This document shows, one piece after another, positions 53,108-61,989 of a stretch of 64,000 bases of DNA. Below the pieces are notes generated by a model that was not told where the DNA came from, did no database searches, and worked only from the letters and a program-made list of their open reading frames with translations. The translations under genes and the position numbers were made by a program. Positions within the stretch are counted from its first letter, which is position 1; each line of letters opens with the position of its first letter. Source of the DNA: Candidatus Bathyarchaeota archaeon (lineage in GTDB: Archaea; Thermoproteota; Bathyarchaeia; Bathyarchaeales; Bathyarchaeaceae); contig JASFHP010000005.1 of NCBI GenBank assembly GCA_050123155.1, positions 16,551 to 80,550 of the forward strand. The letters are read 5' to 3'.

Positions 53108-53749
53108 ATGAATAAGAAGATTCGCATCGCGATACCCAACAAGGGTCGCCTGAAGGAACCGGCGATTGAGGCGCTGGGGCGGGCAGGAATAGAAGTCTTG
53201 GAAGAGGATAGAGCTTACGTTTCCAAGACCTCTGACCCAAAATTCGAGGCAATCTTCGCCAGAGCCAACGACATACCAGTCTATGTACACTATGGTGCAG
53301 TAGACTTGGGCATCACCGGTCGCGACCTGATTCTGGAAAGAGACGCAGATGTTCTCGAGTTACTGGACCTAGAATTCGGAAAGTGCACTCTCGTTGCTGC
53401 AGTTCCAGAAGATTCAACCATAAATTCTGTGGGTGAGGTTCCTGCTCTGGCAAGGGTTGCAACTGGATTCCCGAACATAACCAGAAAGTTTTTCGAAAAA
53501 ACTGGAAAACAGGTGGAAGTTTTGGAGGTCAGCGGAACAGCAGAACTTGCGCCTAAACTGGGTTTGGCTCAGATAATCGTAGACCTCACATCAACTGGCG
53601 AAACTCTGAGAAAAAACAAGCTCAGAATAATTGGAACAATTCTTGAATCAACCAGCAGACTAGCCTGCAACAAAATCGCGTACAGAACCTTCGAGAAGCA
53701 AATCAGCGAGCTTCTAGCCAGAATGCGAGGAGGGACAGAAGAAGAATGA
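53108..53749 (+). CDS. hisG: ATP phosphoribosyltransferase, short form
   Basis: IRIAIPNKGRL.., DIPVYV..G..DLGITG.D, DLTSTGETLR. At 213 aa it is the short form, consistent with dependence on HisZ. Confidence 0.92.
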   Translation: MNKKIRIAIPNKGRLKEPAIEALGRAGIEVLEEDRAYVSKTSDPKFEAIFARANDIPVYVHYGAVDLGITGRDLILERDADVLELLDLEFGKCTLVAAVPEDSTINSVGEVPALARVATGFPNITRKFFEKTGKQVEVLEVSGTAELAPKLGLAQIIVDLTSTGETLRKNKLRIIGTILESTSRLACNKIAYRTFEKQISELLARMRGGTEEE

Positions 53750-55047
53750 GAATTCTATCATCTCAGGAATTCAAAGAGCAAACGCTCAACCAAGTGCTGA
53801 ACAGAGGAAAATCGGACATATCCTCAATTGAATCCTCAGTTAGAAAGATAGTAGCTGATGTCAGAGAACAGGGCGACAAAGCCCTTCTGAGGTATACAGA
53901 AAAGTTTGACAATGTGCGTCTCCCCGAATCCAAACTGAAGGTTGACGAGAGGGAAATCAAGGAAGCATACAAAAGGCTGAAACAAAGCCAAACTATCGCC
54001 TTACGGAAAGCAGCAGACAACATCGCCAGCTTCCACAAGAAACAGCTCAGAGCCAAGTGGACCATGCAAACCGCGGAGGGAGTAACCCTTGGGCAGGTCA
54101 CCAGACCCCTAGCATCTGTTGGCGTCTACGTTCCTGGAGGAAAAGCAGCCTATCCGTCTTCGGTGCTGATGTGCGCCATGCCCGCTAAGGTGGCTGGAGT
54201 AGAAAAGATCATTGTGTGTTCGCCGCCCGGAAAGGGTGGAGACGTTAATCCGTCGCTTTTGGTTGCAGCCGACATAGCGGGAGTGAGTGAGGTGTATCGG
54301 GTTGGAGGAGCACAAGCCATAGCTGCCATGGCATACGGCACAGAAACGGTGCCAAAAGTAGACAAGATCGTGGGTCCGGGAAACGTTTTCGTGACAACAG
54401 CCAAACTGGAAGTAAGCCGGGACGTGGCTATAGATGTTCCAGCTGGACCAAGCGAGGTTCTGATAATCGCAGACGAATCTGGCAACGCCTCCTTCATAGC
54501 CGCTGACCTTCTTGCCCAAGCGGAACACGACCCCCAAGCATGGGCGATTCTTCTAACCACATCCGAAGCTTTAGCGTCAGCGGTTAAGGAGGAACTTTAC
54601 AGGCAGATGAAGAATCTCTCCAGAACAGAAATCATCAACTCTTCCATACAACAGAGAGGGCTAATAGTGACTGTTAGGAACATCGAAGAGGCGATAGAAT
54701 ACTCGAACCTGATTGCCCCTGAGCACCTGCAGATACAAACAGATAATCCCAATGATGTCCTCCGTAAGATTCGGAACGCTGGAGCAGTATTCTTGGGCAG
54801 ATATTCACCAGTAGCTTTCGGCGATTACTCTTCAGGGTTGAATCATGTTCTTCCCACGGCAGGCTACGCAAAAATTTACTCCGGTCTCTCAAGCCTAGAT
54901 TTTGTTAAGACAATGAACTTTCTCCAGTGCAGCAAGGAAGGCTGTCGGAGCCTGAAAGAAACAACTGTTGCTATCGCAGAGATGGAGGGTTTTGATGCAC
55001 ACGCAAAATCTGTCACCATCAGGGAGGAGAAAAAAAGTGAAGATTAA
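53746..55047 (+). CDS. hisD: Histidinol dehydrogenase
   Basis: [45 protein letters not shown] overlap with hisG. Confidence 0.93.
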   Translation: MRILSSQEFKEQTLNQVLNRGKSDISSIESSVRKIVADVREQGDKALLRYTEKFDNVRLPESKLKVDEREIKEAYKRLKQSQTIALRKAADNIASFHKKQLRAKWTMQTAEGVTLGQVTRPLASVGVYVPGGKAAYPSSVLMCAMPAKVAGVEKIIVCSPPGKGGDVNPSLLVAADIAGVSEVYRVGGAQAIAAMAYGTETVPKVDKIVGPGNVFVTTAKLEVSRDVAIDVPAGPSEVLIIADESGNASFIAADLLAQAEHDPQAWAILLTTSEALASAVKEELYRQMKNLSRTEIINSSIQQRGLIVTVRNIEEAIEYSNLIAPEHLQIQTDNPNDVLRKIRNAGAVFLGRYSPVAFGDYSSGLNHVLPTAGYAKIYSGLSSLDFVKTMNFLQCSKEGCRSLKETTVAIAEMEGFDAHAKSVTIREEKKSED

Positions 55048-56128
55048 AGACTTGGTTCAAAAGGAAGTCAGAGACCTTTCCTGCTACGAAGTCAAAACCA
55101 TACTTGGGCAAAAGAAACAAGAAGAACTCGTGAAGATGAACCTGAATGAAAATTTTGCCATGTCAACTGAGACTATACAAGAACTGTTGCTTGAAGCTTG
55201 CCGAAGCATCGATGTTCGTGCGTATCCGCCTCCACGCGGCAGCCTAGCCATCAAAGCTATCTCCCGCTTCCTCGGCGTCAGCGAATCTGAGGTCTCTGTG
55301 GCGAACGGTGCAGATGAGGTCATGGACTTGTTAATGAAAGTGTTTGTTCGTAAGGGTTCGAAGGTTATGGTGGTTGAGCCGTCGTTTCCGATGTATACGT
55401 TCTTTGCGCAGCTGTATGGCGGCAGTGCGGTTCATGTGTTGCTCAGACCAGACTTCAGTTTGGATGTTGACGCCATATTGAATAAGGCGGACAATGATAC
55501 TCGACTGCTTTTCGTTTGTTCACCAAACAACCCAACAGGCAACCAGTTCCGAGAAGCGAACATCAAAAGGCTATTGCAGGAATTCAAGGGTGTCGTCGTT
55601 GTGGATGAAGCCTACGTTGACTTCGCTCAAGGTTCGGTCATAGACTGGGTGAAAGAATATGAAAATCTTGCTGTTTTACGAAGCTTTTCGAAGGCGTTCG
55701 GCTTGGCTGGGCTCCGTCTCGGCTACCTTGTTTCAAGCGCTTCAATCGTAGAGTATGTTCAGAGGGTTGTGGGACCCTTCAACGTGAATTCAGTAACCCA
55801 ACAAACCATAGCATTGGCTCTAGAGAAATGGAGCTACTTTGAACAGCAAATCAAATATGTAGTCAATGAACGGGAATGGCTGATGAAAAAGCTAAGACAA
55901 ATCGATGGAGTAAACCCGTATCCTTCAAGCGCAAACTTCATCCTATTCAAAGTAACCAAACCAAACCTCACCTCTGCAGCCGTAGCTGAGAGAATGGAAA
56001 GCAGAAACGTGCTGGTGAAAGATAGGGGGCACCTACCGCTCCTGGAGAATTGCATACGCGTCACGGTTGGAAGCCGAAACATGAACCAAGCATTCCTTTC
56101 AGCCCTGAAGGAGAGTCTGGAGGAGTAG
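55037..56128 (+). CDS. hisC: Histidinol-phosphate aminotransferase
   Basis: LNENF...YPPP, NPNNPTGN, VVDEAY.DF, RSFSKAFGLAGLRLGY (PLP lysine). The start is set at GTG 55037 (VKIKDLV..), which overlaps hisD by 11 nt. Confidence 0.9.
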   Translation: MKIKDLVQKEVRDLSCYEVKTILGQKKQEELVKMNLNENFAMSTETIQELLLEACRSIDVRAYPPPRGSLAIKAISRFLGVSESEVSVANGADEVMDLLMKVFVRKGSKVMVVEPSFPMYTFFAQLYGGSAVHVLLRPDFSLDVDAILNKADNDTRLLFVCSPNNPTGNQFREANIKRLLQEFKGVVVVDEAYVDFAQGSVIDWVKEYENLAVLRSFSKAFGLAGLRLGYLVSSASIVEYVQRVVGPFNVNSVTQQTIALALEKWSYFEQQIKYVVNEREWLMKKLRQIDGVNPYPSSANFILFKVTKPNLTSAAVAERMESRNVLVKDRGHLPLLENCIRVTVGSRNMNQAFLSALKESLEE

Positions 56129-56133
56129 AAGGA

Positions 56134-57330
56134 ATGGTTTACCAACTGTTGAACGAGGAAAGGCGGATATACGTGAGGGAAGACTCCGAAGAGCCTCTTC
56201 GTGGGATAGAAAAGATAATCTTCGACTTCGATGGGGTGCTTGTTCAAACCAGCCAGTCTTACCGCCAGACAGTGAGAAAGGTTGTTGACTACTACTTCCT
56301 AGAACTATTGGGTCTCGAAGGCGAAGAAGGAAAGCTGGCTACCCTACGGGACATCCAGAAGTTCAAGGACACGGGACTATACAACAACGATTGGAACCTC
56401 TCCTACACCTTCATAACCTACTACCTAACCCTCATAATGAGAGAGCTGGAACAAAAAGGCGCCCTCAAAGAATTCACAAAACAATTCTACATCCTCCAGT
56501 TCTTGGACATCAAAAGCTTCACTCAGTCGCTCCTAAACGTTAGTGACTTCCTTAAGCGCTACGAAATCACCGCCGCAGACCTTGCCAACCTGAAAGACAA
56601 CGGCATCATAAATTTGGATTTGTTCTTGGCGCAAGCCAAACTTGAAAAACCTAAACCCATCGAAACATCGCTTGTGGGAGTCGATCCAGAAGTTGCAGAG
56701 GATGAACAGCTTCTTGTCAGAAAGCTGGTGCCCTATGACCTTGAGAAGCCTGATCTGCTGAAGCGACTGTTTGAGGAAACCTATCTGGGCAAAGAATTGT
56801 TCACCAAAATTTATGCTGCCCAATCATTCTTCAAATTTGACGGAAGCTTCATAGACAAAGAAACGTTCATTCCCACCAAGCAGACCATGGAACTGCTTCG
56901 CAGACAGTTTGGCACGTTCGGAATCTACTCGGGAAGACCCAGACCCCAAGGTATGTACATCCTAGAAAAATACGGTTACACTGGATACTTTGACGAAAAA
57001 GAATCCGTGTTTCTCGGAGACCTCCTCAAGTCCGAGGATAAAATGGAAAAGCTTGGGAAACCAGACCCCACCCTCTTCATCGAGTTGATAGAGAAACTTG
57101 TTGACCGAGAAACTGGAGTGGCGTATGTGGGAGACGGAATCGCCGACGCCCTGCTGGTTGAAAATGCAAGGTCTGAGGGTGCCGAGAATTTGTTGTTTCT
57201 GGGTGTTATGTCCTCATCGGAGGATTCAAATAAGCTTTTTACTGAATACGGCAAACATGGGGCTGACGTAATTATGACCGATGCAAATGACATTCCATTC
57301 ATGCTCAAAAGTTTGGGAGGAAGTGTTTGA
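56134..57330 (+). CDS. HAD-superfamily hydrolase with an unusually large cap insertion; candidate histidinol-phosphatase
   Basis: HAD motifs I FDFDGVL, II GIYSGRPR, III GKPDP, IV VGDGIADA. About 240 aa lie between motifs I and II. It is the only non-his-annotatable gene in the operon, sitting between hisC and hisB. The start is ATG 56134. Confidence 0.7.
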   Translation: MVYQLLNEERRIYVREDSEEPLRGIEKIIFDFDGVLVQTSQSYRQTVRKVVDYYFLELLGLEGEEGKLATLRDIQKFKDTGLYNNDWNLSYTFITYYLTLIMRELEQKGALKEFTKQFYILQFLDIKSFTQSLLNVSDFLKRYEITAADLANLKDNGIINLDLFLAQAKLEKPKPIETSLVGVDPEVAEDEQLLVRKLVPYDLEKPDLLKRLFEETYLGKELFTKIYAAQSFFKFDGSFIDKETFIPTKQTMELLRRQFGTFGIYSGRPRPQGMYILEKYGYTGYFDEKESVFLGDLLKSEDKMEKLGKPDPTLFIELIEKLVDRETGVAYVGDGIADALLVENARSEGAENLLFLGVMSSSEDSNKLFTEYGKHGADVIMTDANDIPFMLKSLGGSV

Positions 57331-57331
57331 A

Positions 57332-57910
57332 ATGAGAAAAGTGAAGGTTGAAAGAAAAACCAAAGAAGTAGAAATAGCCGTGGAGTTAAACGTTGACGGA
57401 AAAGGAAACGCAGATGTGGAGACGGGAATCAAGTTTCTGGACCACATGCTGGTCACTCTAGCGAAGCATGGGCTATTCGACCTGAAAGTCAAAGCAGACG
57501 GAGACCTACCACACCACGTCAGCGAGGATGTAGCATTGGTTCTAGGCGAAGCGCTACGTAAAGTGGTGGCTGAAGGGAAGGGCATCAAACGGTTCGGCTC
57601 AGCCTACGTTCCCATGGACGAATCATTGGCAAGAGCGGCTGTGGACTTGGGCGGAAGAGCCTACTCGATTCGAAACCTCAGACTGATGCAAGCGCAGGTC
57701 GAAGACATGAAAACCGAGGACATGGAACACTTCTTCGACTCCTTAGCCCAAGCCTCGAAAGCAAACATTCACGTAACAGTCATCTACGGCAGCAACGAAC
57801 ACCACAAAGTAGAGGCGGCTGTGAAAGCCTTAGCCTTGGCATTAAGACAAGCATTAACCATTGAGCCGAGAATCGGAGACCAGGTTCCAAGCGCAAAGGG
57901 GGTTCTGTAA
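57332..57910 (+). CDS. hisB: Imidazoleglycerol-phosphate dehydratase
   Basis: RKTKEVEI.V.L..DG.G, GI.FLDHML, DLPHHVSEDVALVLG, NEHHKVEA. ATG 57332 is preceded by GGGAGG. Confidence 0.92.
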   Translation: MRKVKVERKTKEVEIAVELNVDGKGNADVETGIKFLDHMLVTLAKHGLFDLKVKADGDLPHHVSEDVALVLGEALRKVVAEGKGIKRFGSAYVPMDESLARAAVDLGGRAYSIRNLRLMQAQVEDMKTEDMEHFFDSLAQASKANIHVTVIYGSNEHHKVEAAVKALALALRQALTIEPRIGDQVPSAKGVL

Positions 57911-58521
57911 CGGCACCGCAAGTTGCAGTTGTGAACTATGGCGTGGGAAACCTGAGAAGCATCACGAGAGGACTCGAAAAATCGGGAGCAACCGTAGAGA
58001 TAACCCACAACCCAACAAATCTGCGCCGCTCTGATGCCATAGTTCTTCCAGGCGTCGGCGCCTTTGCCCCCGCAGTCAAAAACATGGCACCAATAACTGA
58101 TGTTGTAGCTGAGACAATGAAGAACGGCAAACCTATCCTTGGAGTGTGTTTAGGTCTTCAGCTCCTGTTCACGCGTAGCAGCGAAGGCGGATCAGTCAAT
58201 GGACTGGACTTTATTTCAGGAGACATCGTCAAGTTGCCTGAAACTGTGAAGACTCCCCAGATGGGATGGAACACCCTTAACATGGTGCAGTCGCATCCGC
58301 TGCTTGAGGGCGTTAAAGACGGCTCTTACGTCTATTTCGTTCACTCATACTATCCGCAGCCCACAGACCCACAGGTAATCGTAGCAACCACAGAATACGG
58401 GGTCAGGTTTCCTTCAATGGTTGCAAAAAAGAACCTGTTTGCTACACAGTTTCACCCAGAAAAAAGCAGCAAAACAGGATTAACCATGCTGAAGAACTTC
58501 GTGAGGATCGTGAAGAGGTAA
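57907..58521 (+). CDS. hisH: Imidazole glycerol phosphate synthase, glutamine amidotransferase subunit
   Basis: (QVAVV)NYGVGNLRSI, LPGVGAF, GVCLGLQLL (nucleophile Cys), FHPEKS. The first canonical start (GTG 57931) removes the conserved first beta-strand. The provisional start is GTA 57907, which overlaps the hisB TAA (see finding). Confidence 0.85.
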   Translation, partial: VTAPQVAVVNYGVGNLRSITRGLEKSGATVEITHNPTNLRRSDAIVLPGVGAFAPAVKNMAPITDVVAETMKNGKPILGVCLGLQLLFTRSSEGGSVNGLDFISGDIVKLPETVKTPQMGWNTLNMVQSHPLLEGVKDGSYVYFVHSYYPQPTDPQVIVATTEYGVRFPSMVAKKNLFATQFHPEKSSKTGLTMLKNFVRIVKR

Positions 58522-58526
58522 CCGAG

Positions 58527-59246
58527 ATGATAGTTATCCCCGCAGTCGACATTCTGGACGGAAAATGTGTTCGGCTTGTCCGAGGAGACCCTAGCAGAAG
58601 CAAGATCTACTACGATAATCCGGTGGAGGCGGCTCAACTGCTGGAAGAGCAAGGGGCAGAATTCCTTCATCTGATTGACTTGGATGCCGCGTTAGGTTCT
58701 GGACAAAACTTGGAAACAATCAAAAACGTGTTAGAGAATATCAGTGTGAAGGTGCAGATTGGCGGAGGAATCAGAACCTTGGAAAAGGCTGATGCTCTGC
58801 TGAAACTTGGCGCCTATCGAGTGATCTTCGGAACAACCGCAGTCAACAATCCCCCATTGGTTCAAGAGGCGGTTAGACAGCACGGGCCAGAAAGCGTTGC
58901 CGTAGCCATAGACGAGAAAGACGGGAAAGTGGCAGTTCACGGCTGGAAGAACAGGTCCGAAATAGATTGCTTGAGCCTCGCCCGCACATTCGAAGGGATG
59001 GGAGTCGGCGCCTTAATCTTCACGCCAATCAGCGTGGACGGAACCTTGAAGGGACCAGTAATAGAAAAAACCGTGAAGCTGGTGGAAGCGGTGAAGACTC
59101 CTGTTATCGCGTCTGGTGGCGTAGCCAGCCTTGAAGACTTGGTTGCGCTAACTGGAACTGGCGTGGAGGGTGTGGTGGTTGGCACTGCACTTTACGAGAA
59201 AAGGTTTACATTAAGGGAGGCTTTGGAGGCGGTGAAAGGATGTTAG
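58527..59246 (+). CDS. hisA: ProFAR isomerase
   Basis: [31 protein letters not shown], and a SGGV region. Length is 239 aa. Confidence 0.92.
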   Translation: MIVIPAVDILDGKCVRLVRGDPSRSKIYYDNPVEAAQLLEEQGAEFLHLIDLDAALGSGQNLETIKNVLENISVKVQIGGGIRTLEKADALLKLGAYRVIFGTTAVNNPPLVQEAVRQHGPESVAVAIDEKDGKVAVHGWKNRSEIDCLSLARTFEGMGVGALIFTPISVDGTLKGPVIEKTVKLVEAVKTPVIASGGVASLEDLVALTGTGVEGVVVGTALYEKRFTLREALEAVKGC

Positions 59247-60049
59247 CTAAGAGAATCGTGCCCTGCTTGGACGTCAAGGATGGAAAGGTTGTGAAGGGCG
59301 TTCAGTTCGTGAACCTGAAAGTTGAGGGAGACCCGCCTGAGCTTGCTGCAGCTTATGAGGAGCAGGGAGCGGATGAGCTGGTTTTCCTTGACATAACTGC
59401 TTCCTACGAGAAGAGGGACACTACATTGAAGGTGGTGAAAAAAACCTCGGATATGATTTCTATTCCCTTCACTGTGGGCGGGGGCATCCGAAACATCAAT
59501 GACATACAGAATGCTCTCTCCAGCGGGGCAGACAAGGTTTCCGTGAACACTGCGGCGGTGAGAGCACCCAATCTTGTGAAGGAATCGGCTGAAGTTTTCG
59601 GCAGCCAATGTATTGTTGTTGCCATAGACGCGAAAAGAGTTTACGTGGACAAAAGTTTGCCTGACAGGACGGTTGTAGATACTCCTAAAGGAAAATGCTG
59701 GTGGGAAGTCTACGTTGAGGGAGGAAGAGTGCCCACTGGAGTAGATGCGATTGCTTGGGCTAAAAACGTGAAGGAGTTGGGTGCAGGGGAACTGCTGCCA
59801 ACAAGCATGGACTGCGACGGAGTACAAACGGGTTATGACATTGAGTTGACGCGAACCATGAGCAAGGTAACCAATCTGCCGATAATTGCCAGCGGAGGCG
59901 CCGGAAACCTTGAACACATCTACGAGGTTTTGACGGAGGGAGACGCTGACGCCGCCCTAGCTGCTTCGATTTTTCATAGGGGTCAGTATTCTGTGGGAGA
60001 AGTTAAGAGCTACCTTTCAGAAAAAGGAGTGCCCATGCGGCTAGTATAA
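59240..60049 (+). CDS. hisF: Imidazole glycerol phosphate synthase, cyclase subunit
   Basis: [40 protein letters not shown]. Length is 269 aa. Confidence 0.93.
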   Translation: MLAKRIVPCLDVKDGKVVKGVQFVNLKVEGDPPELAAAYEEQGADELVFLDITASYEKRDTTLKVVKKTSDMISIPFTVGGGIRNINDIQNALSSGADKVSVNTAAVRAPNLVKESAEVFGSQCIVVAIDAKRVYVDKSLPDRTVVDTPKGKCWWEVYVEGGRVPTGVDAIAWAKNVKELGAGELLPTSMDCDGVQTGYDIELTRTMSKVTNLPIIASGGAGNLEHIYEVLTEGDADAALAASIFHRGQYSVGEVKSYLSEKGVPMRLV

Positions 60050-60055
60050 CTGAGG

Positions 60056-60751
60056 TTGAGAAAATTGGTGTTACAACTTGATGAAAACGAGATTAACGAG
60101 TTCGTGAAAAAGGTCGACTTTGAGAAGGGTAAAGGTCTTGTTCCCGCTGTGGTTCAGGACGCATCAGACGGTCGGGTGCTGATGCAGGCTTACATGAATG
60201 AGGAAGCAGTACGGTTGACTTTGGCGAGTGGCAAGACACATTTCTGGAGCAGAACCAAGAACAGACTGTGGATGAAAGGCGAAGAGTCTGGGCACTATTC
60301 ACTAGTGCAGAATGCGGTTTTGGACTGTGATGATGATGCGATTCTGTTCAAGGTTCAGCAGATAGGGCCAGTGTGCCACACAGGCGAAGAAACGTGCTTC
60401 TACAAGCCCATAAAGCCCGAAGAAGCGGTGGCGGTTGATGCGAAGATGCTTGAGAGGCTTTTCGAAGTCGTAAAAGAGCGGATTCGAAACCCCACTGAGA
60501 AATCGTATGTTTCCCGCCTGACTGCAGAAGGAGAGGATGCTGTCCTCCAGAAGATAGGGGAAGAAGCAACAGAAATAGTGCTTGCAGCAAAAGCGAACAA
60601 CGCCAAAGATGTTACGCATGAAGCCGCAGACGTGATCTTCCACATCATGGTGATGTTCGCCCAAAAGGGCATCCCACTTAATAGCATCTTCGAAGAGCTG
60701 GAGCGCCGACACAAAAACAAAACAGAAAAATCACAGAAGCAAAGTAAATAA
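60056..60751 (+). CDS. hisIE: Bifunctional phosphoribosyl-AMP cyclohydrolase / phosphoribosyl-ATP pyrophosphatase
   Basis: The HisI part is LVPAVVQD...VLMQAYMN.EA...T...G...FWSR.....W.KGE.SG (with CDDDAILFKV, CHTG). The HisE part is SYVS.L...G.D.V.QKIGEEA.E. Length is 231 aa. Confidence 0.9.
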   Translation: MRKLVLQLDENEINEFVKKVDFEKGKGLVPAVVQDASDGRVLMQAYMNEEAVRLTLASGKTHFWSRTKNRLWMKGEESGHYSLVQNAVLDCDDDAILFKVQQIGPVCHTGEETCFYKPIKPEEAVAVDAKMLERLFEVVKERIRNPTEKSYVSRLTAEGEDAVLQKIGEEATEIVLAAKANNAKDVTHEAADVIFHIMVMFAQKGIPLNSIFEELERRHKNKTEKSQKQSK

Positions 60752-60781
60752 CGGCTTTTTCTAGGACATTATGTTCACTGT

Positions 60782-61852
60782 TTGGTTGGGCAAGAAATGA
60801 GTTGGGAAAAAACGTTAGACCGTTATGGTGCAGTTATCGAGGAGCGCCTCAGAACGTTTCTGGACAAAGCCGTAGAAGAGGCGGCGGATTATCATCCCTT
60901 CATTGGGAAGGTTTACGGTGACGTTGAAGAGTTTGTGCTCCGGAAAGGCAAACGGCTGGCTTCCTGCAGCACGCTCCTCACGTACAAGGGCTACAGCGGA
61001 AAGGTTGACAGCAGAATCTTGGATGTCTGCGTTGGAATTGAGCTGTACCGCCACGCAATTCTGGTCCACGACGACATAGTTGACATGGACAATCAGCGAA
61101 GAGGCGGAAAAACGTTGCACAAAGAATTCACGGACAGCTACAGCCCCTACAACAGCCGATTCGGAGAAGCAGCCGCCATCTTCGCCGGCAACATCGTATA
61201 CGCCCTTGCGGTACGCGCCATAATGGACTCGGGTTTTCCAGAAGAGACCGTTAACAGGGTGCTGCTTCTGCTTTCTGAGGGCTACCGGGCGGTTAACGAG
61301 AGCCAAATCCTCGACCTACAGTTCGAGCACAAGGATGTAGATGTTGAGGAGTGGCGTGTTATGGCAGGCAAAAGAGCCGCCTCGCTCTTCAAGGTTACGC
61401 TGCTTGCGGGCGCAATTCTAGGAGACGCTTCAGAGAAGGACAGATCCTTGTTAGGAGAAGCAGCCGAGAACATGGGCTACTCGTTTGACATCCAAGACGA
61501 CATCATCGACAGCTTCGCTCCCAAAGACGAGTATGGCAGATCACCGTGCCTGGACATCTCCAAAAACAAGAAGCCCCTCCACATAATCTATGCACTAAAC
61601 TCGGAGGACCAAACAAAATCTGAGGCTTTGAAATGTCTTCTCGGCAAAGAATTCCTCAACATAGGGGAGGTAGAGTTGGCTAGGAAGTTGCTGCGGGAAA
61701 GTGGAGGACTGGACGCAGCAAAACAGGAGTCAAAGAAACACGCTGAACAGGCTAAAGCGCTCATAACCCAAACAAGCCTAGCTGAGGACGTTAAAGAATT
61801 CTTCAGCAGCTTCATCGGATACATAGAAGAAAGCCTAAACTGGTACAAATAG
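60782..61852 (+). CDS. Polyprenyl diphosphate synthase (trans-IPPS; GGPP/GFPP synthase type)
   Basis: First Asp-rich motif ILVHDDIVDMDNQRRG, second FDIQDDIID. Length is 356 aa (ATG 60797 is an alternative start). Confidence 0.88.
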   Translation: MVGQEMSWEKTLDRYGAVIEERLRTFLDKAVEEAADYHPFIGKVYGDVEEFVLRKGKRLASCSTLLTYKGYSGKVDSRILDVCVGIELYRHAILVHDDIVDMDNQRRGGKTLHKEFTDSYSPYNSRFGEAAAIFAGNIVYALAVRAIMDSGFPEETVNRVLLLLSEGYRAVNESQILDLQFEHKDVDVEEWRVMAGKRAASLFKVTLLAGAILGDASEKDRSLLGEAAENMGYSFDIQDDIIDSFAPKDEYGRSPCLDISKNKKPLHIIYALNSEDQTKSEALKCLLGKEFLNIGEVELARKLLRESGGLDAAKQESKKHAEQAKALITQTSLAEDVKEFFSSFIGYIEESLNWYK

Positions 61853-61859
61853 AAGCAAG

Positions 61860-61915
61860 CATATTAGGAGCCTAACAAGGGTATACTTGTAAGAAAATGC
61901 TTTTAGCTTTTTTAC
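61860..61915 (+). repeat. Dispersed intergenic repeat, copy 4 (most diverged)
   Basis: CATATTAGGAGCCTAACAAGGGTATACTTGTAAGAAAATGCTTTTAGCTTTTTTAC. It lies between the convergent prenyl synthase and SBP genes. Confidence 0.7.
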
Positions 61916-61989
61916 TATTACACTAGACATGCTGTTTACCTCAAGAGATTACATGACCATGCGCGCGCATAGTAAGATTAGATACTTGA

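Noticed and set aside
59243-59917. 224-aa minus-strand ORF opposite hisF, and similar antisense ORFs across hisD, hisIE, nrdJ, rmlA and the repeat-protein gene
   Set aside because: Each overlaps a strongly motif-supported gene on the other strand. They are typical shadow ORFs.
34738-61915. CRISPR-like reading of the GTTGAAAAC-containing repeat
   Set aside because: The copies are 1.8-19 kb apart in separate intergenic regions. There is no regular spacer array and there are no cas genes, so this is not a CRISPR locus.
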